Shown here: piece by piece, positions 1 through 8,315 of the stretch
How the letters are laid out: every line of letters starts with the position of its first letter
How positions within the stretch are numbered: the first letter of the stretch is position 1
Origin: an uncultured Acidimicrobiales bacterium
GTDB lineage: Bacteria; Actinomycetota; Acidimicrobiia; Acidimicrobiales; CAWCAL01
Reading direction: 5' to 3'
DNA length: 64,000 nt
NCBI GenBank assembly: GCA_963695075.1
Contig: CAVOFR010000008.1
Span: 471,975-535,974 of the forward strand
The notes under the pieces: model-generated
Told to the model about the DNA's origin: nothing
Database searches by the model: none
What the model saw: the letters and a program-made list of their open reading frames with translations, nothing else
Translations under genes and position numbers: made by a program

Positions 1-351
1 GTAGACCGCGCCGAGCACTCCGGCCAACCGCGGGTTCATGCTGGCGAAGATCCCGACGAAGAGTGCGCCGAACGAAGCGAGCCAGAACCCGCCGGGGATG
101 GTGACGGTCGTGTTGCCATAGCCGGAACCGACGTCGGCGACGACCGGCTCGGTGGCCGATGCCCAGCCCCAGGCTCCACCTGCGACGACGATCAGGAGGA
201 AGACCACCGTCTTGACCGACGTGCCGAACACGGTCATCGTCGCCGGAGCGGCCACGGTCCGACCGGGACTCATGTAGGTCTCGATGATCCTGTCGCTGAA
301 CGCGGGGTTGCCCGAGGCCGATCCGCTCGTGGCCTGCATCGGGACTGTCAT
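1..351 (-). CDS. Bax inhibitor-1/YccA-family integral membrane protein (5' part only; gene runs off the left edge)
   Basis: Hand translation of the reverse strand from ATG 351..349 (AGGAGA 6 nt upstream): MTVPMQATSGSASGNPAFSDRIIETYMSPGRTVAAPATMTVFGTSVKTVVFLLIVVAGGAWGW... The SGNPAFS N-terminus, then MTVxGTxxKT and TM helices, matches my memory of actinobacterial BI-1/YccA-like proteins. Absent from the ORF track because no stop lies in the window. Confidence 0.5.
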   Translation of the reverse strand, partial: MTVPMQATSGSASGNPAFSDRIIETYMSPGRTVAAPATMTVFGTSVKTVVFLLIVVAGGAWGWASATEPVVADVGSGYGNTTVTIPGGFWLASFGALFVGIFASMNPRLAGVLGAVY

Positions 352-431
352 CGCTGTTCTCCTGGTCGGGTTCGGGTCGGCCCGACGCTAGTGGCGACCA
401 GCCCAACCAGCTCATGCCATGATGCGGGCCC

Positions 432-941
432 ATGGGATCCGACTCGTTCACACCCAGCACCGACGTATTCGTCGAGCACAACCGTGAATTCGCCCTGGAG
501 TTCGCCGACGCCGACCTGCAGGTCACGCCGACCCGCCATCTCGCCGTCGTCACCTGCATGGATTCCCGCATGGACATGTTCCAGATCCTGGGTCTCGGTC
601 ACGGTGAGGCGCACGTCATCCGCAACGCCGGTGGCGTGATCACCGATGACGTCATCCGCTCGCTGTGCTTGTCCCAGCGAGCGCTGGGCACCCGCGAGAT
701 CCTCCTGGTGCACCACACCGACTGCGGGCTCCAGAAGGTCGACGAGGAGGGCTTCCGGTCCGAGCTCGAAGCCGAGCTGGGCGTCAAGCCGGCGTGGGCC
801 GTGGAGTCCTTCGACGACCCATTCGAGGACGTTCGCCAGTCGATGCAGCGACTGGCGCTGACACCGTTCCTGCCCCACAAGGAGCACATCCGCGGGTTCG
901 TCTACGACGTGCACACCGGCCATCTCCACGAGGTCGAGTGA
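432..941 (+). CDS. beta-class carbonic anhydrase
   Basis: 169 aa. Zinc-ligand motifs C-x-D-x-R (VVTCMDSRMD) and H-x-x-C (LLVHHTDCG). Size typical of small actinobacterial beta-CAs. Confidence 0.9.
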   Translation: MGSDSFTPSTDVFVEHNREFALEFADADLQVTPTRHLAVVTCMDSRMDMFQILGLGHGEAHVIRNAGGVITDDVIRSLCLSQRALGTREILLVHHTDCGLQKVDEEGFRSELEAELGVKPAWAVESFDDPFEDVRQSMQRLALTPFLPHKEHIRGFVYDVHTGHLHEVE

Positions 942-960
942 CCGGGTGACCTGAATCCGC

Positions 961-1224
961 TCAGGCCAACGAGAGCCGGGGCCGCAGGATCGGACCTCGC
1001 TCGAACATCGTCGCGCCGCGCACGATCAGATACACGAAGATGCCCAGATATGGCAGGAAGATGACGAGCACGGTCCACAGGGCCTTGCCCCAGCCCGTCA
1101 GGTCGGCGCTGCGCAAGATGTCGACGACGATGAACACGAACATGTACATCCATATGAGGAGGAGGGCGAACCACAACAGGGACCACACCACCTGGCCGAC
1201 ACCGAATCCCGCAGCGAGCATCAT
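961..1224 (-). CDS. PLDc_N (cardiolipin synthase N-terminal-like) small membrane protein
   Basis: C-terminal 87 aa of track ORF 961..1434, starting at MMLAAGFGVGQVVWSLLWFALLLIWMYMFVFIVVDILRSADLTGWGKALWTVLVIFLPYLGIFVYLIVRG. Two TM helices with the W..LV.F.P..G...YL pattern of PLD_N domain proteins. The upstream part of the track ORF is R/G-rich and crosses the hairpin repeat, so I shortened it to ATG 1224. Confidence 0.6.
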   Translation of the reverse strand: MMLAAGFGVGQVVWSLLWFALLLIWMYMFVFIVVDILRSADLTGWGKALWTVLVIFLPYLGIFVYLIVRGATMFERGPILRPRLSLA

Positions 1225-1400
1225 CGCCGGGTACCTTAGCCAGCCCCGTCCCGAGAGGAGTTCACGCTGAGAGCCCGACGATGGCGCACCGATCTCGCCA
1301 TGATGCTGGCCCTGCTGGTCGCGGTGAATCTCCTGACGGCGTTCGGCCTTCCCCGGTGGGCCGCCGAACCCGCGCCGCCGGACACCGCCGGCGAGTAGGT

Positions 1401-1436
1401 CAGTGCGTTCGGGGTCTGTCCCCGGGTAACGCACTC
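1401..1436. repeat. 36-nt intergenic palindromic hairpin element, copy 1 (probable bidirectional terminator)
   Basis: CAGTGCGTTCGGGGTCTGTCCCCGGGTAACGCACTC. Outer stem AGTGCGTT/AACGCACT, inner stem CGGGG/CCCCG, loop TCTGT. It lies in the intergenic gap directly downstream of the SHOCT gene stop (1441) and upstream of the same-strand PLDc_N gene. A second copy is at 10736..10771. Confidence 0.7.
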
Positions 1437-1440
1437 GGGG

Positions 1441-1758
1441 TCAGGCCAGGAGCTTGGCCTTGGCTGCGGCGAACTCGGCGTCGTCGAGCAGCCCCTTCGC
1501 CTTCATGTCCGCCAACCCCTCGAGCTTCGCCATCAGGTCGTCGCCGGCCGACGCAGCGGGCTGAGCCGCCTGCTGCGCCTGCATCGCTGCCATCTGCGCC
1601 TGCACATCCGCCAGCTCGGCCTGGGACTGGGCCGCGGCCTGCTCGGCCGCCTGGTCCTGCGCGGCGGCCTGACCCTTGGCGGCCTGCCGGTTTCGCACGC
1701 CACCCGACACCGCGGTGGCGGTACCCGCGACGACCGCGGTGCGGGCCATCGTCCCCAT
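1441..1758 (-). CDS. SHOCT domain-containing protein
   Basis: C-terminus DDLMAKLEGLADMKAKGLLDDAEFAAAKAKLLA is a textbook SHOCT (short C-terminal) domain. It is preceded by an A/Q-rich low-complexity region and a hydrophobic N-terminus (MARTAVVAGTATAV). Start taken at ATG 1758; ATG 1749 is equally possible. Confidence 0.65.
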   Translation of the reverse strand: MGTMARTAVVAGTATAVSGGVRNRQAAKGQAAAQDQAAEQAAAQSQAELADVQAQMAAMQAQQAAQPAASAGDDLMAKLEGLADMKAKGLLDDAEFAAAKAKLLA

Positions 1759-1825
1759 GACTCCGGGGCGTCCTCTACGTCTACGGCGGGGCGGCATTGC
1801 TGTTCTCCCTTGTGTCGATCCTGAT

Positions 1826-2257
1826 TCAGTCGATGGTCGCGAGCTCGGCCATGAGCTCCTCGACGACGAGTCCGGGCACGCGGAACTGCGCGGCCAACAG
1901 GCCGCCGGATCCCACGATCGCGTCCCGCAGAGGCGTGGCCCACGTGTGCTCGAACACGAGGACGGCAGCCGAGCTGTTCGGCTCGAGTCCCTCGGCCAGC
2001 TCCATGACGTCCTCGTCGGAGATGAACGACTCGAGCTGGTTGAGCAACGAGGTCAGCGCGGAAGCATCGTCGTTGGCGTCGATCTCCTCGAACTCGACGA
2101 ACGACACCGCTCCGTCCCCGTCCTTGCGGAGCAGCAGTCCGTCCACGACGGCGATCGTGCCCTCGTTGGCCAGCCGTTCCAGTTCCGGGATGATCTCGCC
2201 GGTGAATCGGTTCTCGGGGAACGCGATCACGAGTACTTCGATGGGTCCGATGGCCAT
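1826..2257 (-). CDS. DUF6325-like protein (DUF1269/general-stress related)
   Basis: 143 aa. MAIGPIEVLVIAFPENRFTGEIIPELERLANEGTIAVVDGLLLRKDGDGAV...AAVLVFEHTWATPL matches the layout I recall for actinobacterial DUF6325 proteins, which commonly sit next to SHOCT genes. Confidence 0.55.
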   Translation of the reverse strand: MAIGPIEVLVIAFPENRFTGEIIPELERLANEGTIAVVDGLLLRKDGDGAVSFVEFEEIDANDDASALTSLLNQLESFISDEDVMELAEGLEPNSSAAVLVFEHTWATPLRDAIVGSGGLLAAQFRVPGLVVEELMAELATID

Positions 2258-2346
2258 CGGCGCACCCTATCCGACCCTCAGGGCTTACCGGACGGCGTTC
2301 GGCTCATCGAGGGCTGGCGAGAGAGCTCCGAGAGTCCGTCTCGGTC

Positions 2347-2727
2347 CTACCGGGACTCGACCGCTTCCTTCACGAACAGGGCGGAGATGATCAGCCCCGC
2401 CAGGAGGGCGGCCAGCCAGACGATCACGGTGGCGAGGATCCAGGTGGCCGCGCCGCTGATCTGAAGGCCATCCGAGATCAACGCCGTGACCAGGAGACCG
2501 ACGAACGTGGTCACCAATGCGGTGCCGCTCTGCAACGCCGGCACCTTGTCCACCGCGATCTTGGTGATGAGCGGCTTGGCCGCCACCTCGACCACGGTGA
2601 AGATGGCCACCGCGATGACGAACGCGACCCCGTCGATCGACATGTCGTCGAGCACGGTCGCGGCGACGAGCAGCCCGAGCGCGTTGGCGGCCAGATGGAC
2701 CGCAGCCGAGCTCAGATGTCGAATCAC
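2347..2727 (-). CDS. phage-holin-family-IV-like (PF04020-type) 4-TM membrane protein
   Basis: C-terminal part of track ORF 2347..3141: (V)IRHLSSAAVHLAANALGLLVAATVLDDMSIDGVAFVIAVAIFTVVEVAAKPLITKIAVDKVPALQSGTALVTTFVGLLVTALISDGLQISGAATWILATVIVWLAALLAGLI. Start placed at in-frame GTG 2727; ATG 2775 is the alternative. The rest of the track ORF is antisense to the 2795..3478 gene. Confidence 0.5.
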   Translation of the reverse strand: MIRHLSSAAVHLAANALGLLVAATVLDDMSIDGVAFVIAVAIFTVVEVAAKPLITKIAVDKVPALQSGTALVTTFVGLLVTALISDGLQISGAATWILATVIVWLAALLAGLIISALFVKEAVESR

Positions 2728-2794
2728 CGTGGTGAGGCTACAGCGTGGCCCAGCACGCGGCCGCCTGTCGGTCATCCGCGCGAGCATCGATGCC

Positions 2795-3478
2795 ATGTAC
2801 GCCGTCGCAACCTTCCTCATCGTCGCCGTCATCACGATGGTGTTCACCAAGCTCGCCAACGGCGCGCTCATCGCCACGGGGGTTCCGCCGGACATCGCGG
2901 CGTTCCAGGCCCGATCGGCCTTCAGCGGAGCCGGCTTCACCACGACCGAGGCGGAGAACGTGGTGAACCATCCGACCCGGCGGAAGATCATCGCCGCGAC
3001 GATGTTCGTCGGCAACCTGGGCACGCCGACACTCGTCGTCACGGTGCTCGCCGGGCTCGCCGTTCCCGGGCCGGGTTCCACCACCGAGCGCACCCTGGTC
3101 ATGTTGGCCGGCCTCATCGGCATCGTGCTCACGCTCGGCAACCGGCCGATGCAGCGGGTCCTGGTCGGCGTCGGGCAGCGCTACACCCGACGCAGGCTCA
3201 TTCCCGCACTGTCCGACCAGGCGGAGGAACTCCTTGCGCTCGGGGCCGAATTCACGGTCGCGGCGGTCCGCGTCGCGACAGACCCGGGGGACACCTACCG
3301 GAGCCTGAGGGGCCTGGAGGACGCCATCCCGGGCGCAAGGGTCCTCGGGGTCCGGCGCGGCGACGGGTACTTCGGCGAGGCCCCGGTGGACCTCACCCTC
3401 AGGCAAGGTGACGAACTCATCGTGTACGCCCGGCGGGACCATCTCGAGGGTCTCGACGGCAGCGAGGTCGCCGTCTGA
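2795..3478 (+). CDS. TrkA-C (RCK C-terminal) domain membrane protein, putative ion channel/transporter component
   Basis: ATG 2795 within track ORF 2486..3478. N-terminal TM region (MYAVATFLIVAVITMVF..., SAFSGAGFTTTEAE pore-like segment). C-terminal TrkA_C-like fold (FTVAAVRVATDPGDTYRSLRGLEDAIPGARVLGVRRGDGYFGEAPVDLTLRQGDELIVYA). Confidence 0.6.
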   Translation: MYAVATFLIVAVITMVFTKLANGALIATGVPPDIAAFQARSAFSGAGFTTTEAENVVNHPTRRKIIAATMFVGNLGTPTLVVTVLAGLAVPGPGSTTERTLVMLAGLIGIVLTLGNRPMQRVLVGVGQRYTRRRLIPALSDQAEELLALGAEFTVAAVRVATDPGDTYRSLRGLEDAIPGARVLGVRRGDGYFGEAPVDLTLRQGDELIVYARRDHLEGLDGSEVAV

Positions 3479-3500
3479 CGGGCAAAGGTCGCCCCGAGCC

Positions 3501-4481
3501 TCACATGACACCGCGGATGTGCTGTTTCACCGTGGCGAAGTAGAAGTCGGAGAGGTCGGCGTGGACCTCGCGCGAAAGGGGCGGCAGGCCGCTCGCCGCC
3601 GCGTTCTGCGCCACCTGCTCGGCTCGGGAGGCACCGGCGATCACCGACGAGACCGCGGGCTGATCTAGGATCCATCGCAGCGCGACCTGGGCGAGAGGCA
3701 CCGTGCTCGCCACCCTTCGCCCGATCTCGGCCGCGTAGTCCACCGCCAGGTCGTACGGGAGACCGGAGAACGTCTCACCCACGCTGAAGGCCGCCCCGTC
3801 GCGGTTGTAGGTGCGGTGATCGCCCTCATCGAACGCCTGGTCCTTGACCATCTTGCCCGACAGGACCCCGGAAGCGAGCGGCAGGCGGACGATGATCCCC
3901 ACCTCGTGTTCCTCCGCCAGCGGGAACAGCTCGGTGATCGCATCCTGGCGGAACAGGTTGAAGATGACCTGGAGCGAGGTGATCGTCGGGTGCCGCACCG
4001 CGAAATACGCTTCCTCCATGGTCTCGACGCTCGCCCCGAAATGGCGGATGAGGCCCTCACGTTGGAAGTCCTCCATCCACGAGAGGAGATCACCGGCCAT
4101 GAGCACGGCGGTCGGTACGCAGTGCAGCTGCGCGAGGTCGATGGCCTCCACCCCGAGCCGCTTCCTCGAGCCCTCGAGGCCGGCCCGCACGGCCGCCTTG
4201 GTGTAGCCGTCCGGGTATAGATGGTCATCCCGGCCGACCTTGGTCGCCACGATCCGGCCGGCCGGCCGGGACCGCATGTAGTCGCCGATCCGCCGCTCGC
4301 TGAGGCCGGCCCCGTAGACATCGGCGGTGTCCCAGAAGTCGATACCGCTCGCGTCGGCGGCTTCCAGGATGGCCACAGCCCGGTCGTCCGAGATCGGTCC
4401 GAAGTCGTCCCCGAGCTGCCAGCAGCCCAGTCCCACCTCGGAGACGTCATAGCCGCTCTTGCCCAACCTTCTCCGTTCCAT
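3501..4481 (-). CDS. aldo/keto reductase
   Basis: MERRRLGKSGYDVSEVGLGCWQLG...FWDTADVYGAG...; GGAGGA RBS before ATG 4481. The track ORF's 27-aa N-terminal extension was discarded. Confidence 0.9.
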   Translation of the reverse strand: MERRRLGKSGYDVSEVGLGCWQLGDDFGPISDDRAVAILEAADASGIDFWDTADVYGAGLSERRIGDYMRSRPAGRIVATKVGRDDHLYPDGYTKAAVRAGLEGSRKRLGVEAIDLAQLHCVPTAVLMAGDLLSWMEDFQREGLIRHFGASVETMEEAYFAVRHPTITSLQVIFNLFRQDAITELFPLAEEHEVGIIVRLPLASGVLSGKMVKDQAFDEGDHRTYNRDGAAFSVGETFSGLPYDLAVDYAAEIGRRVASTVPLAQVALRWILDQPAVSSVIAGASRAEQVAQNAAASGLPPLSREVHADLSDFYFATVKQHIRGVM

Positions 4482-4540
4482 GGTCCTCCTGCGATCGCGA
4501 AACCGTGATGCTACGGCTCGTATCGGGCAGGCTGGTCGGC

Positions 4541-5119
4541 ATGGCCCCATCGGAGACTCCACCCGACGACCGGACCGAGCGGCAGCGGATGCTGGCCGGC
4601 GAGCTCTACCAGGCCGACGACCCCGAGCTCTCCGCCGGGAGAGCCCGTGCCGCGGCGCTGATGGATCGATACAACCACGGCCGCCTCAAGAACGCCGATG
4701 AGCGTCAACGGGTCCTCCGCGATCTCCTGGGCGAGCTCGGTTCGGCCAGCGAGATCCGGCCACCGCTGTACTGCGACTATGGAACCCAGATTCGGGTCGG
4801 CGATCGCACGTTCGTCAACTTCGGTCTCGTGGCGCTCGATGTCGCCGCCATCGTGATCGGCGACGACGTGCAGATCGGCCCCAACGTCCAACTGCTCGCC
4901 GCCACCCACCCGGTCGAGGCCGAGGCTCGACGAGAGAAACGGGAGGCCGGCCAACCGATCACGATCGGCGACAACGCCTGGCTCGGGGGCGGGGTAATCG
5001 TCCTGCCCGGCATCACGATCGGGGAGAACACGGTGGTGGGGGCAGGAGCCGTCGTGACCGGAGATCTCCCGGCCGGCGTCGTGGCCGTCGGCAACCCCGC
5101 CCGCATCCTGCGATCCTGA
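4541..5119 (+). CDS. sugar (maltose/galactoside-type) O-acetyltransferase, left-handed beta-helix
   Basis: ERQRMLAGELYQADDPEL...MDRYN N-terminal Mac domain, followed by hexapeptide repeats (IGDDVQIGPNVQL, ITIGDNAWLGGGVIVLPGITIGENTVVGAGAVV). Start at ATG 4541; GTG 4505 is possible. Confidence 0.85.
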   Translation: MAPSETPPDDRTERQRMLAGELYQADDPELSAGRARAAALMDRYNHGRLKNADERQRVLRDLLGELGSASEIRPPLYCDYGTQIRVGDRTFVNFGLVALDVAAIVIGDDVQIGPNVQLLAATHPVEAEARREKREAGQPITIGDNAWLGGGVIVLPGITIGENTVVGAGAVVTGDLPAGVVAVGNPARILRS

Positions 5120-5270
5120 AATCTGGTCCGTGAGCGTCGCTCACCGACGCCTACGGTGCGGTCGTTCGTGAACCTCGCTTGCTCACCCAGGGGGACACCG
5201 GACTGATGTGGCTGTACCGTCGGTCTCCGACGGTGAGGGACCAGATTTCGGGTGGGGGTGGAGCCCGCCG

Positions 5271-6875
5271 TCAGCGCCGGAGTCCGGGAATACGGAACAT
5301 GAGGGCGAGACCCTTGCTGAGGATCCGGGCGGTCCGTTCGGCGCTCAGCCCGGGGAGCTCCGAGACGGGTGTCAGGTGTTGCACGGCGACGGTCCGCGGC
5401 TCGGTGTACTTCTGGATGCCCTCGACCCCGTGCCGGCGACCCAGGCCGGAATCCTTGACGCCTCCCATCGGAGCATCGACCGAGGCCCAGGCCGCGGCGT
5501 AGGCCTCGTTGACGTTGACCGTTCCGGCTTCGAGCCGCTGGCCCACCTCGGCCCCTCGTCGACCCGAGCCGGACACGACGGCGGCGTTGAGGCCGTAGCG
5601 GGACGCGTTGATCCTGCTCACGGCGTCCTCGAGCGCCTCGTAGCCGAAGATCGAGACGACCGGACCGAACGTCTCCTCGGAGAACAGGGTCATGTCCGCC
5701 GTGACGTCGGTCAGGACGGTCGGGGCGAAGTACCAGGGGCCGGCGTCCGGGCGCCCCTTGCCCCCCGTCACGACCGTCGCTCCCTTGGCGATGGCATCGT
5801 CGACGTGGCCGGCGACCGTGGCGAGCTGGTCGGCCGAGATGAGCGATCCCATGTCCCCCTCCCACCCGACTGCGTTCGACAGCGTGATCGCCTCGACCCG
5901 CTCCCTCAGCTGGTCGATGAACGCCGCACGCATCGCCTCGGGCACGAAGATCCGCTCGAAGGAGATGCACAACTGGCCGCTGTTGGCGAAGCTGCCCCGC
6001 ACCGCGATGTCGACCGCCGCCCCGAGGTCAGCGTCGTCGAGAATCAGGAGGGCGTTCTTGCCTCCCAGCTCGAGGGCACAACCGATGAGCCGGTCGGCAC
6101 ACTGGCGGGCGACGGTTCGGCCGGTCTCGGTCGAACCGGTGAAGGTGACGAAGTCGGCCCGCTCGATGATGGCCGTGCCCACGACCGAGCCTCGGCCGGT
6201 CACGATGTGCAGCAGATCGGCCGGCAGACCGGCTTCTTCGAACAGCTCGGCGATCCACAGCGCTGTGAACGGCGTCAACGCTGCCGGCTTGATCACGGCG
6301 GCGTTGCCCGCCATCAGGGCCGGGATCGCGTCGGTGATCGACATGGAGAGCGGATAGTTCCAGGGCGCGATGAACCCGACGACCCCTTTCGGCACCCACA
6401 CCTCGCGGGTGCGGGTCAGGATGGGGAGTGCCCCTTCCCGGCGAGCCGGCGACAGGTGCTTCTCGGCCCGCCTGGCGTAGTAGTTGGCCACGATGGCCGT
6501 GTCGGCCACCTCTTCGTAGGCATGGGCCCGGGACTTGCCGGTCTCCATCTGCATGATGTCGAGGATCTCGTCCTGTCGTCGGAGCACGAGCTGAGACAGC
6601 CGGCGGAGGACCTGGCCCCGCTCGCCGAAGGACCGGGCGGCCCACGCCGGCTGGGCGGCGCGGGCGCGGGTGAAAGCGAGGTCGACATCCGCGTCGCCCG
6701 CGGCAGGAACGCTGGCGAGCGGCTCACCCGTGTGGGGGGCGATGACCTCCATCGTCTCGCCCGGTTCGACGATGGTCGCGCGGGCCGCCAGCTCCGCCAG
6801 TCGGTCCGGATTCACGGGCCATTCGGCGTCGAGCACCTTCGCTCGTGTTGATGCATCCACCTGCGTTGCAGCCAT
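5271..6875 (-). CDS. NAD(P)-dependent aldehyde dehydrogenase, succinate-semialdehyde dehydrogenase (GabD2-like)
   Basis: 534 aa. ALDH motifs FTGSTETG, ELGGKNA and catalytic Cys in FANSGQLCIS. Length and N-terminus resemble the actinobacterial GabD2 group. Confidence 0.9.
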   Translation of the reverse strand: MAATQVDASTRAKVLDAEWPVNPDRLAELAARATIVEPGETMEVIAPHTGEPLASVPAAGDADVDLAFTRARAAQPAWAARSFGERGQVLRRLSQLVLRRQDEILDIMQMETGKSRAHAYEEVADTAIVANYYARRAEKHLSPARREGALPILTRTREVWVPKGVVGFIAPWNYPLSMSITDAIPALMAGNAAVIKPAALTPFTALWIAELFEEAGLPADLLHIVTGRGSVVGTAIIERADFVTFTGSTETGRTVARQCADRLIGCALELGGKNALLILDDADLGAAVDIAVRGSFANSGQLCISFERIFVPEAMRAAFIDQLRERVEAITLSNAVGWEGDMGSLISADQLATVAGHVDDAIAKGATVVTGGKGRPDAGPWYFAPTVLTDVTADMTLFSEETFGPVVSIFGYEALEDAVSRINASRYGLNAAVVSGSGRRGAEVGQRLEAGTVNVNEAYAAAWASVDAPMGGVKDSGLGRRHGVEGIQKYTEPRTVAVQHLTPVSELPGLSAERTARILSKGLALMFRIPGLRR

Positions 6876-6932
6876 GACTTGATCCCTCCCGGTCGTCGGA
6901 CTCGCGCGCCTCTGACCATATGCTCGACCGCC

Positions 6933-8225
6933 ATGCTCTCACTACCCCCGTCGCCGTGTCCTGTCCCGGAGCTCGTCGACGCGTTGGTCCACCAGATGCC
7001 GTACGGCGCCGACCTGGTCGTACCGATTGCGAACGGGGAGCCGGTCGGGCTGCTCGACGAGGTCGAGCGTCAAGCGGACCGACTCCGCGATGTCCGGGTC
7101 CATCAGATGCACGCACTCCGGGACCGGCCCTACCTCCATGGCGCACACCGGGGCCACCTGGAACACGTCTCGTGGTTCCTCTCGCACGTCACCCGTCCCG
7201 CGTTTCTGGAGGGCGGCTGCCACTTCGCACCGGCCAACTTCAGCGAGGTACCCCAGTTCCTGTTGTCCAAGAAGCCGTTCGTCGTCCTGGCCGCCGCCAG
7301 CCCGCCCGATCGGCACGGGTACTTCTCCCTCGGCGTGGCCGCCGACTACGCCGCAGCCATGATCGGACGGGTTCCCTTCGTTCTCGAAGTGAACGAGTCG
7401 ATGCCGAGAACCCACGGCGCCAACCGGCTGCATCGCAGTGATGTCGTCGGATGGTGCGAGGTAGACACAGCGCTGATCGAGGTCCCGCCGCCCACCGTCA
7501 CCGACGCCGACCGCGCCGTTGCCGCCCTCATCGCCGAGCGCGTACCGAACGGTGCGTGCATCCAGCTCGGTATCGGTTCGATCCCGACAGCGGTGGCTAA
7601 GTTCCTGGGCGACCACGAGGATCTCGGGGTCCACACAGAGCTGATCTCGGATCCGATCGTCGATCTCGTCGAGAGCGGTGTCGTGACCGGCGTACGCAAG
7701 CAGCGGTTTCGGGGCCGGATCGTGACGACGTTCGCGCTCGGCACCCGACGGCTGTACGACTTCTGCGACGGCAACGACGCGGTGCAGTTCCACCCCGTCA
7801 ACGAGGTGAACGATCCGCGGGCGATCGGCCGCGAGCCCAACTCGATCTCGGTGAACGCCACGCTCGAGGTCGACCTGTTCGGACAGTGTGCATCCGAGAC
7901 GCTCGGAGGTCGCTACTGGTCGGGCAGCGGCGGTCAGGCCGACTTCGCTCGGGGCGCCCAGTACTCCGACGGCGGTGACGGGTTCGTGGTCCTCCACTCG
8001 ACGGCCAAGGCCGGTACGGTGAGCCGGATCGTGCCTCGATTGCACCCGGGAACGGTCGTGACGACCATGAAGAACACGGTGGACAACGTCGTGACCGAGC
8101 ACGGGGTCGCCGAGCTCCAGGGTCGGACACTGTCGGAACGGGCCGAGGCACTCATCGCAGTGGCGGCGCCCGACCATCGGGACTGGCTTCGCTCGGAAGC
8201 CCGCGTCATGGGTCTGGCCGGCTGA
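6933..8225 (+). CDS. acetyl-CoA hydrolase/transferase family protein (4-hydroxybutyrate/succinyl-CoA:acetate CoA-transferase-like)
   Basis: ATG 6933 inside track ORF 6879..8225. Carries IANGEPVGLL and SGSGGQADFARGA (the GGQxDF motif of this family). Confidence 0.85.
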   Translation: MLSLPPSPCPVPELVDALVHQMPYGADLVVPIANGEPVGLLDEVERQADRLRDVRVHQMHALRDRPYLHGAHRGHLEHVSWFLSHVTRPAFLEGGCHFAPANFSEVPQFLLSKKPFVVLAAASPPDRHGYFSLGVAADYAAAMIGRVPFVLEVNESMPRTHGANRLHRSDVVGWCEVDTALIEVPPPTVTDADRAVAALIAERVPNGACIQLGIGSIPTAVAKFLGDHEDLGVHTELISDPIVDLVESGVVTGVRKQRFRGRIVTTFALGTRRLYDFCDGNDAVQFHPVNEVNDPRAIGREPNSISVNATLEVDLFGQCASETLGGRYWSGSGGQADFARGAQYSDGGDGFVVLHSTAKAGTVSRIVPRLHPGTVVTTMKNTVDNVVTEHGVAELQGRTLSERAEALIAVAAPDHRDWLRSEARVMGLAG

Positions 8226-8315
8226 AACGGTGACCTCCCTGGAGACCCACACGGAGAACACCACCAGAGGCGGCGTGGAGGACGACCTCTCGATTCGATC
8301 GTCGTCGGGGGCTTC

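Noticed and set aside
2347-2775. A holin-family gene as an indicator of a prophage or lysis cassette
   Set aside because: No endolysin, spanin, integrase, capsid or tail genes are nearby. PF04020-type proteins are widespread chromosomal membrane proteins, and the neighbours here are stress or membrane proteins.
5208-6851. 547-aa plus-strand ORF, and similar long shadow ORFs at 8784..10109, 24769..25515, 26562..27791 and 38114..39406
   Set aside because: Each is antisense to a gene with clear family motifs (ALDH, MobAB/esterase, acyltransferase, cyclase, Fe-ADH). Each has the R/G/P/D-rich composition expected from reading GC-rich codons backwards.
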